Shown one piece after another: positions 10,344 to 19,299 of a DNA stretch of 64,000 bases (its first letter is position 1; each line of letters begins with the position of its first letter). The DNA comes from Candidatus Sumerlaeia bacterium. GTDB lineage: Bacteria > Sumerlaeota > Sumerlaeia > SLMS01 > JANRJK01. The translations under genes and the position numbers were made by a program. The DNA lies in the NCBI GenBank assembly GCA_033764015.1, contig JANRJK010000002.1, positions 128,001-192,000 of the forward strand. Direction: 5' to 3'. The notes beneath the pieces were generated by a model that saw nothing but the letters and a program-made list of their open reading frames with translations, searched no databases and was not told the origin of the DNA.

Positions 10344-11288
10344 ATGGCGGCGGAACTCTTTGCGATCGGAATCGACGGCGGCGGGTCGCATACCCGCGCG
10401 ATGCTCCTCGACGGGACGCGCGCGATCCGCGCCCACCGCGAAGGCGGTGCATCGAATCCCCACTCGACGGATCCCGCCGACGTCCGCACCACCCTTGAGG
10501 AGCTGATCTCCGGTGTCTGCGGCGACGCCGGCGTCCCGCTCGCCGACGTGCGCTCCCTGTGCCTGGCGATGGCGGGAGTGGACCGCCCCGCGGACCGCGC
10601 GCTGATCGAGGGCATGGTGCGCCCGCTCCTCGCCGACGGGCAGGCGCTCCTGATCAGGAACGATTCCGTCGCCGGCATGATGGCGGGCCTCGACGAGCTG
10701 CACGGCCTCATGCTGATCGCCGGCACCGGATCGATCTGCTTCGCCTACCACCGCGACGGACGGACCGGCCGCGCCGGCGGCTACGGCCACGTCCTCGGCG
10801 ACGAGGGGAGCGGCTACGCCATGGGAGTCGCCGCGATGAAGGCGGTGATTCAAGCCTCCGACGGCCGCCTCGCGCCGACCGCGCTCACGGGGATGCTGCT
10901 CGGGCACCTCGGCCTCTCCGCGCCGCCGGACCTCGTGACTTGGCTCCTGCAGGTGGACTATGCGAAGTCGAGCATCGCCTCCCTCTCGAGGGTCCTCGCC
11001 GAAGCGGACGCCGCCGGCGACGCGGCGGCGGTGGCGATCATGGACCAGATGGCCGACGACCTCGCCTCGGTCGTCATGCCCGCGCACCGGCAGCTCTTCT
11101 CCAAGGCGGACGGCGCCGTCCCGATCGTCTTCGGCGGGAGCAACCTCGTGAGGAACGACCGCTACCAGTCACGCCTGCGCGCGCGCCTCGCCGCCATGGA
11201 GGCGCCGCTCGAGGTCGTGCTGCCGAAGCGCAGCGCCGTCGAGGGCGCGGCACGCTACGCGCTCGCGCACGCGGAAGCCCACGCGTGA
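10344..11288 (+). CDS. BadF/BadG-family N-acetylglucosamine/MurNAc kinase-like protein
   Basis: IGIDGGGSHT, NDS, LIAGTGSI, GGYGHVLGDEGSG. Confidence 0.88.
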   Translation: MAAELFAIGIDGGGSHTRAMLLDGTRAIRAHREGGASNPHSTDPADVRTTLEELISGVCGDAGVPLADVRSLCLAMAGVDRPADRALIEGMVRPLLADGQALLIRNDSVAGMMAGLDELHGLMLIAGTGSICFAYHRDGRTGRAGGYGHVLGDEGSGYAMGVAAMKAVIQASDGRLAPTALTGMLLGHLGLSAPPDLVTWLLQVDYAKSSIASLSRVLAEADAAGDAAAVAIMDQMADDLASVVMPAHRQLFSKADGAVPIVFGGSNLVRNDRYQSRLRARLAAMEAPLEVVLPKRSAVEGAARYALAHAEAHA

Positions 11289-12538
11289 GCGAAGTCCCGC
11301 CGGAGCCTTCCGGTCGGCGCGTGGCGATCTTCTCCACCGCCGACTGGGACACGGAGCTGCCGACGAACAAGCACCACTTCGCGCGGCTCTGGGCGCGCCG
11401 GAACCGGGTGCTCTTCATCGAAACGCTCGGCACGCGGCGACCCGAGCTGTCCGCCGCGCGCGACTGGGGCCGCATCGGGCGGCGCCTCCGCCGCGGCCTC
11501 GAAGGCGCTGTCAAGCGCGCGCCCAGGCTCTGGAGCGTCTCGCCCGTCGTCCGTCCAGCCTGGGACACGCCGCTTGCGGTGGCGGCGAACCGGGGTCTCT
11601 TCGCGGCTTCCGCCGGGCGCGCGCTCGACCGCTTCGCCCCCGAGATACTCTGGGTCTACTCGCCCTACGCCGCGCACCTCATCGAGCGCACGCCGCGGCG
11701 CGCGCTGGTGTACCACCTCGTCGACGATCTCGCCGCGGTCCCCGGCGCGGACCGCGAGGCGATCCGCGCGGCGGAGGCGATGCTCTTCGCGCAGGCGGAC
11801 CTGGTGTTCTGCACGGAGCCGTCGCTCTTAGACCGCGCCGCGCGCTCGACACCCCGCGCCCACCTGATGCTCAACGTGGCCGACTACACGCACTTCTCCG
11901 ACCCCTCGCCCCGCGCGGGGCAGGACCCCGCCGCGCTTCGGCGGCTCGCCGCGCTGCCGCGCCCGCTGGTGCTGTTCAGCGGCCAGCTAGCCTCGCACAA
12001 GATCGACCTCCGCCTCCTGCGCGACTTGGCGCGCCTGCGGCCCCGCTGGAGTTTTGCCTTAGTGGGCCCCCGCTGGGAGGGCGATCCGGACCGGCGCGCG
12101 CTCGATGCGCTTGCGGCGCTTCCGAACGTCGCGCTCACGGGGCGCATTCCCTACGAGCACCTCCCGCCGGCGCTGCACCTGGCGGACGCGCTCCTGATGC
12201 CCTACCGCCTCACGGAGGCGACGAGGGCGGTGTTCCCGCTCAAGCTCTTCGAGTATTTCGGCACCGGCCGCCCCGTCGTCGGCACCGCGGAGCTGCCGTC
12301 GCTGCTGCCCTACTCGGAGGCGATGCGCCTCGCGCCGAACCGGGCGGAGGATTGGGCGGCGGCGCTGGAGGCGGCGATGTCCGAGCCGCCGGAGCGCGGC
12401 GAGCTCCGCCGCGAACTCGCGCGGCGCAACACCTGGGAGCGCCGCTTCAGCGAGATGTCGGCGCTGCTGGCGCCGCTTCTTGGCCCGGCACCGGCAGCGA
12501 CGTCCCTCCGCCGATCAGGCGGAACACGTCGGGGGTGA
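11285..12538 (+). CDS. GT-B glycosyltransferase (GT4, TuaH-like)
   Basis: STADWD, YHLVDD, NVADYTHF, PLKLFEYFGTGRPVV. Confidence 0.85.
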   Translation: MSEVPPEPSGRRVAIFSTADWDTELPTNKHHFARLWARRNRVLFIETLGTRRPELSAARDWGRIGRRLRRGLEGAVKRAPRLWSVSPVVRPAWDTPLAVAANRGLFAASAGRALDRFAPEILWVYSPYAAHLIERTPRRALVYHLVDDLAAVPGADREAIRAAEAMLFAQADLVFCTEPSLLDRAARSTPRAHLMLNVADYTHFSDPSPRAGQDPAALRRLAALPRPLVLFSGQLASHKIDLRLLRDLARLRPRWSFALVGPRWEGDPDRRALDALAALPNVALTGRIPYEHLPPALHLADALLMPYRLTEATRAVFPLKLFEYFGTGRPVVGTAELPSLLPYSEAMRLAPNRAEDWAAALEAAMSEPPERGELRRELARRNTWERRFSEMSALLAPLLGPAPAATSLRRSGGTRRG

Positions 12539-14585
12539 GCTCCGCCCGCTCCTGCCACGCCACATGGTGCGACCAGCGCATGGTGCGGTAGTCGGAGAGG
12601 ATCGAAACGCGCTCCGCCCGGCTCAGCCTCGCGACGCCGCCGCACAGCGCCATCAACGCGAGCCTCCGCGAGGCGGCGTCCCGCGGCGGGCGGGTCTCCT
12701 CGTCCCATAGCTGGAGCAGCGAGCAGTGCAGCGCGTTGAGCGCGGGATCCATCATCGCGCGGACGAGCGGATCGACCTCGCGCTCCGCGGCCGCCTCGCC
12801 CCGGAGCCGCAGCAGGTGGGCCGCCTTGCGGGCCAGCACGTGCGGCGTCATGAGCTCGGAGCGCGTCATCAGCAGCCGCCCACGGCGGAGCGAGTCGCCG
12901 AGCCGCACGCTGCTGAGCGCCTTGGCGATGAATCCCGCGAACACGAGGCTGAGGCTGACCGGCGCCAGGAACAGCGCGGCCCCCGGCGAGACCATCAGCG
13001 AAAGCGCCGTGAGCCCGATCCCCACCCCCGCGTGGAGGCGGTAGGCCCGGAGCGCCTCGCCCAGCGGCAGCGGACGCTCGCCGCGGTTCTGCGCGTCCCA
13101 GCGAACGACCCGGCCCAGCAGCGTCGAGACGACGAAGACCGTGTGGAACACCATCATGACCGGCGCGGTGAGGACGGAAAGCGCGGTCTCGAGGATCACG
13201 GACGCGGACGCGCGGCGCACCCCGCCGAACCACGCCTTCATCCACGGGTTGCGGAGCATGTGCGCCAGCGCGAAGAGCTTCGGGAGCAGCAGCAGCGCCA
13301 TCACCACGGCGAAAAGGAAGAGCGACTGCGCCGCGTGGTACTCCGTGAAGGCGGGGGCGCCCGGGTCCACCGCGCCCTTCCACGGCGGCGGCGCGCCCAT
13401 GAACGCGAGGCCAGCCAGGATGAAGAGCAGCCACAGCGGCGACGCGACGTAGGACATCGCCCCCATCAGGAAGTGGATGCGGCTGAAGACGCCGAAGCCG
13501 GGGCGCATCGCGAGCCTCACATGCTGCAGGTTCCCTTGGCACCAGCGCTGGTCCCGCACGGCGAAGTCCAGCAGCGAAGTCGGGCACTCCTCGTAGGACC
13601 CCGGCAGGTCGTCCGCGACGATCACCTTGTAGCCGCCGCGCTGGATGAGCGCGGCCTCGACGAAGTCGTGGCTCAGGATCTCCCCGCCGAGCGGAGGCTT
13701 GCCGGGCAGCAGCGGCAGCTTGCAGTGCTTCGCGAACGCCCGCGTGCGGATGATCGCGTTGTGGCCGAAATAGTTCCCCGCGTCCGCCGTCCAAAGGGAG
13801 AAGCCCGCCGCGAAGACGCCCGAGTAGAGGGCCGAAGCGAACTGCTGCACCCGCGCGAAGAGCGAGCGGCGGCTCGCGGGGAGCGGCGGCACCTGCAGGA
13901 TCCCCACCTCGGGGTCGGACGCCATGCGCCGCACCATCTCCGCCATGGTGAGCGCCGACATCGTGCTGTCCGCGTCGAGCACGATCATGAACTCGTACCG
14001 GGCTCCCCAGCGCACCACGAAGTCTTCGATGTTACCCGCCTTGCGCGACACGTTCTTGGGGCGCCGCCGGTAGTGGCAGCGGATCGAGCCGCCCAGCCTC
14101 CGGCGAAGCGCCAGGAACGCGCGCTCCTCTTCGATCCACACGTCGGGGTTCGTCGTGTCGCTCATCACGAACACGTCGAAGAGCCCCGTCGTGCCGGACT
14201 TCTTCATCGAGTCGTGCATCGCGTAGACCCCCGCGAAGACCTCTTCCACATCCTCGTTGTAGATCGGGATCACCACCGCGGTCCGCGGCAGGTCCGAGAC
14301 GTCCGGCGGACGGTCCGTGCCGAGACGGTCGAAGTAGTCGGGCGCCCGGAGGCCGGTGAACATGCTCCGCAGGAATCCGAAGAACACCGACAGGAAGTTC
14401 AGCACGATCCAGAAGAAGAGGATCGTGAAGAGCGCTGTCAGCAACAGTCCCCGGAACGAGGGGCGGTCCCAGAGCACGACCTGCGAAAAGAGGGTGGTCG
14501 CCCAGATGGTGGCCAAACCGGCGACCGTGGCGATGAAGTAGCGGACAAGCGCCACATAGAAGAAGGAGCGGGTCTCGGGCGCCAT
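12447..14585 (-). CDS. mdoH: Osmoregulated periplasmic glucan biosynthesis glucosyltransferase OpgH/MdoH
   Basis: PIYNED, RKAGNI, LDADS, NYFGHNAIIR, LSHDFVEAA, RDQRWCQGNLQH. Confidence 0.95.
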   Translation of the reverse strand: MAPETRSFFYVALVRYFIATVAGLATIWATTLFSQVVLWDRPSFRGLLLTALFTILFFWIVLNFLSVFFGFLRSMFTGLRAPDYFDRLGTDRPPDVSDLPRTAVVIPIYNEDVEEVFAGVYAMHDSMKKSGTTGLFDVFVMSDTTNPDVWIEEERAFLALRRRLGGSIRCHYRRRPKNVSRKAGNIEDFVVRWGARYEFMIVLDADSTMSALTMAEMVRRMASDPEVGILQVPPLPASRRSLFARVQQFASALYSGVFAAGFSLWTADAGNYFGHNAIIRTRAFAKHCKLPLLPGKPPLGGEILSHDFVEAALIQRGGYKVIVADDLPGSYEECPTSLLDFAVRDQRWCQGNLQHVRLAMRPGFGVFSRIHFLMGAMSYVASPLWLLFILAGLAFMGAPPPWKGAVDPGAPAFTEYHAAQSLFLFAVVMALLLLPKLFALAHMLRNPWMKAWFGGVRRASASVILETALSVLTAPVMMVFHTVFVVSTLLGRVVRWDAQNRGERPLPLGEALRAYRLHAGVGIGLTALSLMVSPGAALFLAPVSLSLVFAGFIAKALSSVRLGDSLRRGRLLMTRSELMTPHVLARKAAHLLRLRGEAAAEREVDPLVRAMMDPALNALHCSLLQLWDEETRPPRDAASRRLALMALCGGVARLSRAERVSILSDYRTMRWSHHVAWQERAELTPDVFRLIGGGTSLPVPGQEAAPAAPTSR

Positions 14586-14589
14586 CGGC

Positions 14590-15057
14590 TCAGCCCTTCC
14601 CCTTCGGCGCGGGGTTGAGCGACGCCAGCCGGGAGAGCGGCTCCGGCTTCATGTGGAGCCGGTCCTCGTCGCCCGCCGGGAAGAGCGACAAGTGGTCGAC
14701 GAAGCGCTCGCGCACCAGCGCGTGCGCCGCCGCCGGATCGCCGAGGAGCAGTTCCTTGCCGGTGGCGAAGTGCGACGAAAGCTCCGCGAGGAGGAACCCG
14801 CGGTAGCGGGAGCGCCCCTCGCGGATGTGCTCGATCTCGAGGATGTCGTTCAACCAGAGGACGATCTCCTCCTGGCACACCGACACCAGGGACGGCGGGG
14901 TGGACTGGGGCTCGCGCTTGGCGCGCGCCTCCGCGCGCTCCCGGAGCAAGTCGACGATGCGATGCAGCTCGTTCCGGTCCGTCACGCCCAGGGCGTAAAG
15001 GAAGCGGAGGACCTTGCGGACGTCGCGGCGGTCGTTCGGCGGGGGAGTGGAACTCAT
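14590..15057 (-). CDS. Hypothetical protein between opgG and opgH
   Basis: ATGA overlap with the opgG stop, 4-nt gap to opgH, normal codon usage. Confidence 0.7.
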   Translation of the reverse strand: MSSTPPPNDRRDVRKVLRFLYALGVTDRNELHRIVDLLRERAEARAKREPQSTPPSLVSVCQEEIVLWLNDILEIEHIREGRSRYRGFLLAELSSHFATGKELLLGDPAAAHALVRERFVDHLSLFPAGDEDRLHMKPEPLSRLASLNPAPKGKG

Positions 15058-16535
15058 GGCGCGATGATCACGGTTTCCGAATAGTCGCCGCCGCTGCGCA
15101 GGTAGCAACGGAGTTCGGCGCCGGTGCGTAGCGCGGCGGGGATTGTGGCGGTGGACGAGCCGCCCGCGCCCGCGGCCGCCGGCACCGCGCCCCGTACCCC
15201 GCCGCCCTGCTCGACGAGCAGCTCGGCGCCGGGCCGTCCGGCGATGCCGCCTTCGAAGTGCAGCCGCAACCCGCCTTCGCCGTCAGACTCGAGCCGCTTC
15301 AGGCGCGCGCCGGTGTGCCCCGGCGGATCCCCGGTGAGGAACCGCAACGTATAGGCGAAGGCCATCTCCTCGCCTTCGCGGAGCGGCTCCGCAAGGCGCC
15401 ACCCCGCGCCGATGTTGTCCACTCCCTCGTGTGGCGCGTGGAGTTCGAGCAGCAGGACGGAGCCGGCGGGCCACTCCCCCTCCGGCTCGACCCAGGCCGT
15501 CGGCCGGCGGTCGTAGAGCGCCTCCGCGTCTTCGTAGTCCGAGGCGGCCGTGTGGCGCTGCGCCAGGCCGAATCCGAGCGGCGTTCCCGCGGTCGAGAAC
15601 AACGACACGCGGTCCGCAGTCCGGTTCGCCAGCGGGCGGTAGAGGAACTCACCCGTCCCCGATTCGATCAGCAGCCCTTCCGCGTCGTGCACGCGGGGGC
15701 GGTGCTCGCCTCCCGGCATCTCGTCCCGGAGGTCGTGGAAGAACATGCTGGTCAGCGGCGCCAGGACGACATCCCGCGTCTCCGCGCGGGCCACCAGTCG
15801 CGCATCGACCCGCACCGTTGTGCTCGCGCCGGGCTCGATCTCGAAGCGGTAGGCTCCCGCAAGACCCGGGCTGTCCAGCAGCGCGTCCACCACAAGCGCG
15901 GCGTCGCCAGGATCGGGGCGGTGGATAGTGAAGCGCGTGAACGCCGGGAAGACCTCCGCGCCAGGACCCCCCATGGCGATGGCGAGCCCCCTCGCGGAGG
16001 TGCCGTAGACGTGGCCCGAGCCGATCGCGCGGAAGTAGGAGGCGCCGAGGAAGCTCAGGCATTCGCGCGCCGGCCCGCCATCGAACGGGTGCAGGGCGAA
16101 GAAGCCGGCGTAACCATCCAGCCCCGGGCGGTAGGCCTCGATGCCCCCGTCCAAGTAGCACTCGAACCGGTCCGGCGCGTATGGGACGGTCCATTGAAAG
16201 CCCGAATCGTCGACGGCGACGGTGGGCGGATGGTTGAACAGGTAGCCTGGGTGGTAGAAGCCGATCTCGAAGGGAAGGCCGCTGTCGCGCCAGAGCGCGC
16301 GCCACACGCGGAACGGCAGCTTCCGGTAGTCGTCGTAGTCCAGCGCTCGAAGGCGCGGGTTCGCCACCTTGGCGGGTGGGGTATAGGGCCGCGCGGCGAT
16401 CGCCCGGGCATCCGCAAGGTGGAGTGGCGCGCCCCCCGCGACCGGTCCGCCGGCACGTGCGCAGGACGCCGCCGCGAACACGGCGAGCATGGCGGCAGGG
16501 AGAGTGGCTGCGTACCTAGGGAGAAACCCGAACAT
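15054..16535 (-). CDS. mdoG: Periplasmic glucan biosynthesis protein OpgG/OpgD
   Basis: Signal peptide; LDYDDYR, FLGASYFRA, YGTSARGLAI, APLTSMF, RPRVHD, DNI. Confidence 0.92.
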   Translation of the reverse strand: MFGFLPRYAATLPAAMLAVFAAASCARAGGPVAGGAPLHLADARAIAARPYTPPAKVANPRLRALDYDDYRKLPFRVWRALWRDSGLPFEIGFYHPGYLFNHPPTVAVDDSGFQWTVPYAPDRFECYLDGGIEAYRPGLDGYAGFFALHPFDGGPARECLSFLGASYFRAIGSGHVYGTSARGLAIAMGGPGAEVFPAFTRFTIHRPDPGDAALVVDALLDSPGLAGAYRFEIEPGASTTVRVDARLVARAETRDVVLAPLTSMFFHDLRDEMPGGEHRPRVHDAEGLLIESGTGEFLYRPLANRTADRVSLFSTAGTPLGFGLAQRHTAASDYEDAEALYDRRPTAWVEPEGEWPAGSVLLLELHAPHEGVDNIGAGWRLAEPLREGEEMAFAYTLRFLTGDPPGHTGARLKRLESDGEGGLRLHFEGGIAGRPGAELLVEQGGGVRGAVPAAAGAGGSSTATIPAALRTGAELRCYLRSGGDYSETVIIAP

Positions 16536-16771
16536 AAGAACGATCCGCGCGCCCCCGGAGCCCCGTGGTCAAGAGGCGACCGGAAGCGAGGGCGCTCATC
16601 CGGCATGGAAACGCTTACTTCCCGGCGCCGACGGCAATCCCCGCTTGTTACGGTCACGGCGGCGAATCAACCATTCCTCTGTTGTCCTTGCATTGGCACC
16701 GATTCTTGCAGCCACGGTTGGGCGTTGTTGCGCGGCGGCAACGAATCCCGCGGAGCGTACAGTCCGGACCC

Positions 16772-17587
16772 ATGCTAGCCATCGACCGCTCACACGCCTA
16801 CGAGATCATCGAACAGCTTCCGGTCCGCGGGAAGTATAGCATCAGCCGCATCTACGAGCTGACCCTGGAAAGTCCCGGCTACCTGCACCAGGTGCCGCTG
16901 CGACCGGGCGACACCCGGGAGGCGCTCTCGTCGCAGTTCGAGGCGATCATCCTCCCATTCGCCGGCATCCACCACGGGCGCATCCCGCTCCTCGCCGACG
17001 CGTGGTTCGGCGAGAACTCGTTCGACATCGCCCTGTTGATCCCCCAGATCACCCCGCTCGACCCGGCGGCGGCGAACCCGCTCCGCGGCATGGACGAGAA
17101 GTCCCAGCTCACCGGCCTCCTCGACATGCTCGACTGCCTCGCCGCCCTCCACGAGACCGAGATCTTCCATGGCCACCTGCTGTTGCAGGATTTCGGCGTG
17201 GACCGGCACGGCTACATCTACCTCCACAATCCCGGGCTCGCTTCCCGCATCGTCGACTCGCTGGGGGGCGGCGAGGACTCCGACTCCAACTTCAAGCTGC
17301 GCCTATCGACCAACATGAAGATGCGCGACGTCGCCATGTGGGCCTACGCGATGGTGCTGCTGCTCTTCGGCAAGGCCTTCGAGGCGGAAGCCCACGAGAG
17401 GTGGGACGAGACGGACCTCGCCCGCGCGAAGAAGGAACTGCTCCGCGTCCTCGGCACCCGCTCGCCGCTCGTCGAGTTCTTCGAGAAGTGCCTGCGCGGA
17501 GCCACCTTCGAGGCGAACGGCTACGACTCCGCGCTCCCGGCCTACGCGGACCTCGAGAAGATCGTCCGTTCGGGAGGCCACCTATGA
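16772..17587 (+). CDS. Protein-kinase-like protein with degenerate catalytic motifs (pseudokinase A)
   Basis: CLAALHETEIFHGHLLLQDFGVDRHGYIYLHNPGLA aligns with L..LH..IIHRDLKP.N......KL.DFGLA; RDVAMWA = alphaF; GGAG upstream. Confidence 0.6.
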   Translation: MLAIDRSHAYEIIEQLPVRGKYSISRIYELTLESPGYLHQVPLRPGDTREALSSQFEAIILPFAGIHHGRIPLLADAWFGENSFDIALLIPQITPLDPAAANPLRGMDEKSQLTGLLDMLDCLAALHETEIFHGHLLLQDFGVDRHGYIYLHNPGLASRIVDSLGGGEDSDSNFKLRLSTNMKMRDVAMWAYAMVLLLFGKAFEAEAHERWDETDLARAKKELLRVLGTRSPLVEFFEKCLRGATFEANGYDSALPAYADLEKIVRSGGHL

Positions 17588-19299
17588 TCAGCGCGGACTC
17601 CTGTTGGCGCTTCATCGAGCCCCTCGGCGACGCGGGCCACTTCGAAGACGAGATCGTCGAGCACATGGGCACGCTCCACCGCGCCCGTCGGCGGGCGTTC
17701 ACCGACAAGGTGTCGCGCGACGAGGTGCTGCTCGGCGAAATCCTCCGCCAGTCGAGCATGCTGGCGACGCGTCCCCATCCCGCGCTCCCGCGCCTGTACG
17801 GCGGCGAACTGGTCGACAACCGCTACACGCTGATCTACGAGCTGATGGGCGGGAAGCCGCTGCTGGACCGCGCCGCGAAGGGCGAGTATCAGGCCGTCTC
17901 CGCCTGGTGCGACATGGCGCTCCGGGTGGCCCAGTCGGTGAAGGAGCTCGAAGCGCTCGGCGTCGACTTCTCCCGGCTCCAGACCCGCCAGATCATGATG
18001 GGGCGTCGCGGGCGCATCCGATTCTCCGTCGCATGGCCGATCGGGCGTGTCACCCGGGCGGCGCTCGAGAAATCCGAGTCGTTGAACAGGATCCTGCGGA
18101 GTTCCGCGGGAGGCGTCTTCCTGGTCGAGGGCTCCGCCGACTCCGCCGCCGGCGTCCGGGGCCTTCAGCCCGTCCTCTTCCACCTCGCGCGCGGCACCGA
18201 CCAGAAGTCCATCGAGGACGCGATCCTGGCGGACGACCGGGAGAAGATGCAGAAGGGGGTGCGCGAGCTGCCATCCGTCCTCGGCGTCGACCGCGAGATC
18301 GGCCAGATCATCCTCCGGATGCAGGAGCCCTCCGGCGACATCGTCTCCGTGCCCCAGCTCCTCACCGTGTTGCGCTCGCTCAAGACCCGCGCCGAAGACG
18401 CGGACCGCGAGCGACTCGCCACGAACCCGTCGACGGCGGCGGTCTCCGCGTCCGTCTCGCGGGTGAACGTGCCGAAGATGCCCGGCCCCGCCATCCTGCC
18501 CGCCGGCGGCTCCGCACCTTCGAGATCGAACGAACCATCCGCGAACGATCCCTCCTTCGCCCCCTCCTTCGAGGCCGCCTTCAAGTCGATCCCGCAGCGC
18601 CCGCCCTCATCACCGACGGTGCAGCGTCCGGCCAACCGGGAGAGCGACGGCCCCGGGACGCTGAAGGCGCGCCCGCAACGCATCGACGAGGTTCCCGCCG
18701 ACAAGCCCGCCTACGCGAAGGTCGAGAAGGAGTTCTCCGAAAGCGACGACCCGTCGGACTATCTCTACCCGAAGCGCCCCGACGTGGTCGAAAGCGCCCC
18801 CGCCGCCGCGCCTGGGACCGGTGAGCTGCCGATTCCGCAGCCGGTCCGCGTCAAGGACCTGCCGAAGGCGCGCTCGCCCAAGCGCGAGGCGCAGGTCCGG
18901 GCAGCCGTCTATCTGGTGGTGGTCCTCGCGATCCTCGGCGGCCTCGCCTACGGCGGCCTTCACCTCGCCAGCCTGATGCGCGTCGAGGCCAACACGCCGC
19001 CCACGGCCCGCATCGCCGACCATCAAGGCTCCGTCGCCGCCGTGCAGCGCGTCACGCTCGACGGCACCGGCTCCACCGACCCCGAGGGAAAGGCCCTCGT
19101 GTACAACTGGCGCATCGTCGAGCCCGAGGGCGCGGAGTTCCGCTTCTCCGGGAACAATTCCACGGCCGCGTCGCGCATCGAGGCGCAGTTCTTCACGGTC
19201 GGCAGGGTCGTCGTGGAACTGAAGGTGTTCGACGGGACATTCAACAGCGAGCCGGCGCGCACCGTGTTCGAGGTCTCGCCTGCGGAGCGCGGGCGCTAA
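17584..19299 (+). CDS. Membrane protein: degenerate kinase-like domain, Pro-rich linker, one TM helix, external PKD/Ig-like domain
   Basis: HPALPRLYGG..YTLIYELMGGKPL (kinase subdomains IV-V); TM AAVYLVVVLAILGGLAYGGL; NTPPTA..VTLDGTGSTDPEG..LVYNW..LKVFDG. Confidence 0.7.
   Translation: MISADSCWRFIEPLGDAGHFEDEIVEHMGTLHRARRRAFTDKVSRDEVLLGEILRQSSMLATRPHPALPRLYGGELVDNRYTLIYELMGGKPLLDRAAKGEYQAVSAWCDMALRVAQSVKELEALGVDFSRLQTRQIMMGRRGRIRFSVAWPIGRVTRAALEKSESLNRILRSSAGGVFLVEGSADSAAGVRGLQPVLFHLARGTDQKSIEDAILADDREKMQKGVRELPSVLGVDREIGQIILRMQEPSGDIVSVPQLLTVLRSLKTRAEDADRERLATNPSTAAVSASVSRVNVPKMPGPAILPAGGSAPSRSNEPSANDPSFAPSFEAAFKSIPQRPPSSPTVQRPANRESDGPGTLKARPQRIDEVPADKPAYAKVEKEFSESDDPSDYLYPKRPDVVESAPAAAPGTGELPIPQPVRVKDLPKARSPKREAQVRAAVYLVVVLAILGGLAYGGLHLASLMRVEANTPPTARIADHQGSVAAVQRVTLDGTGSTDPEGKALVYNWRIVEPEGAEFRFSGNNSTAASRIEAQFFTVGRVVVELKVFDGTFNSEPARTVFEVSPAERGR

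Noticed and set aside
12447..12538. 92-bp convergent overlap of the GT4 gene and opgH as a frameshift or pseudogene
   Set aside because: Both catalytic domains are complete; the overlap covers only low-complexity tails
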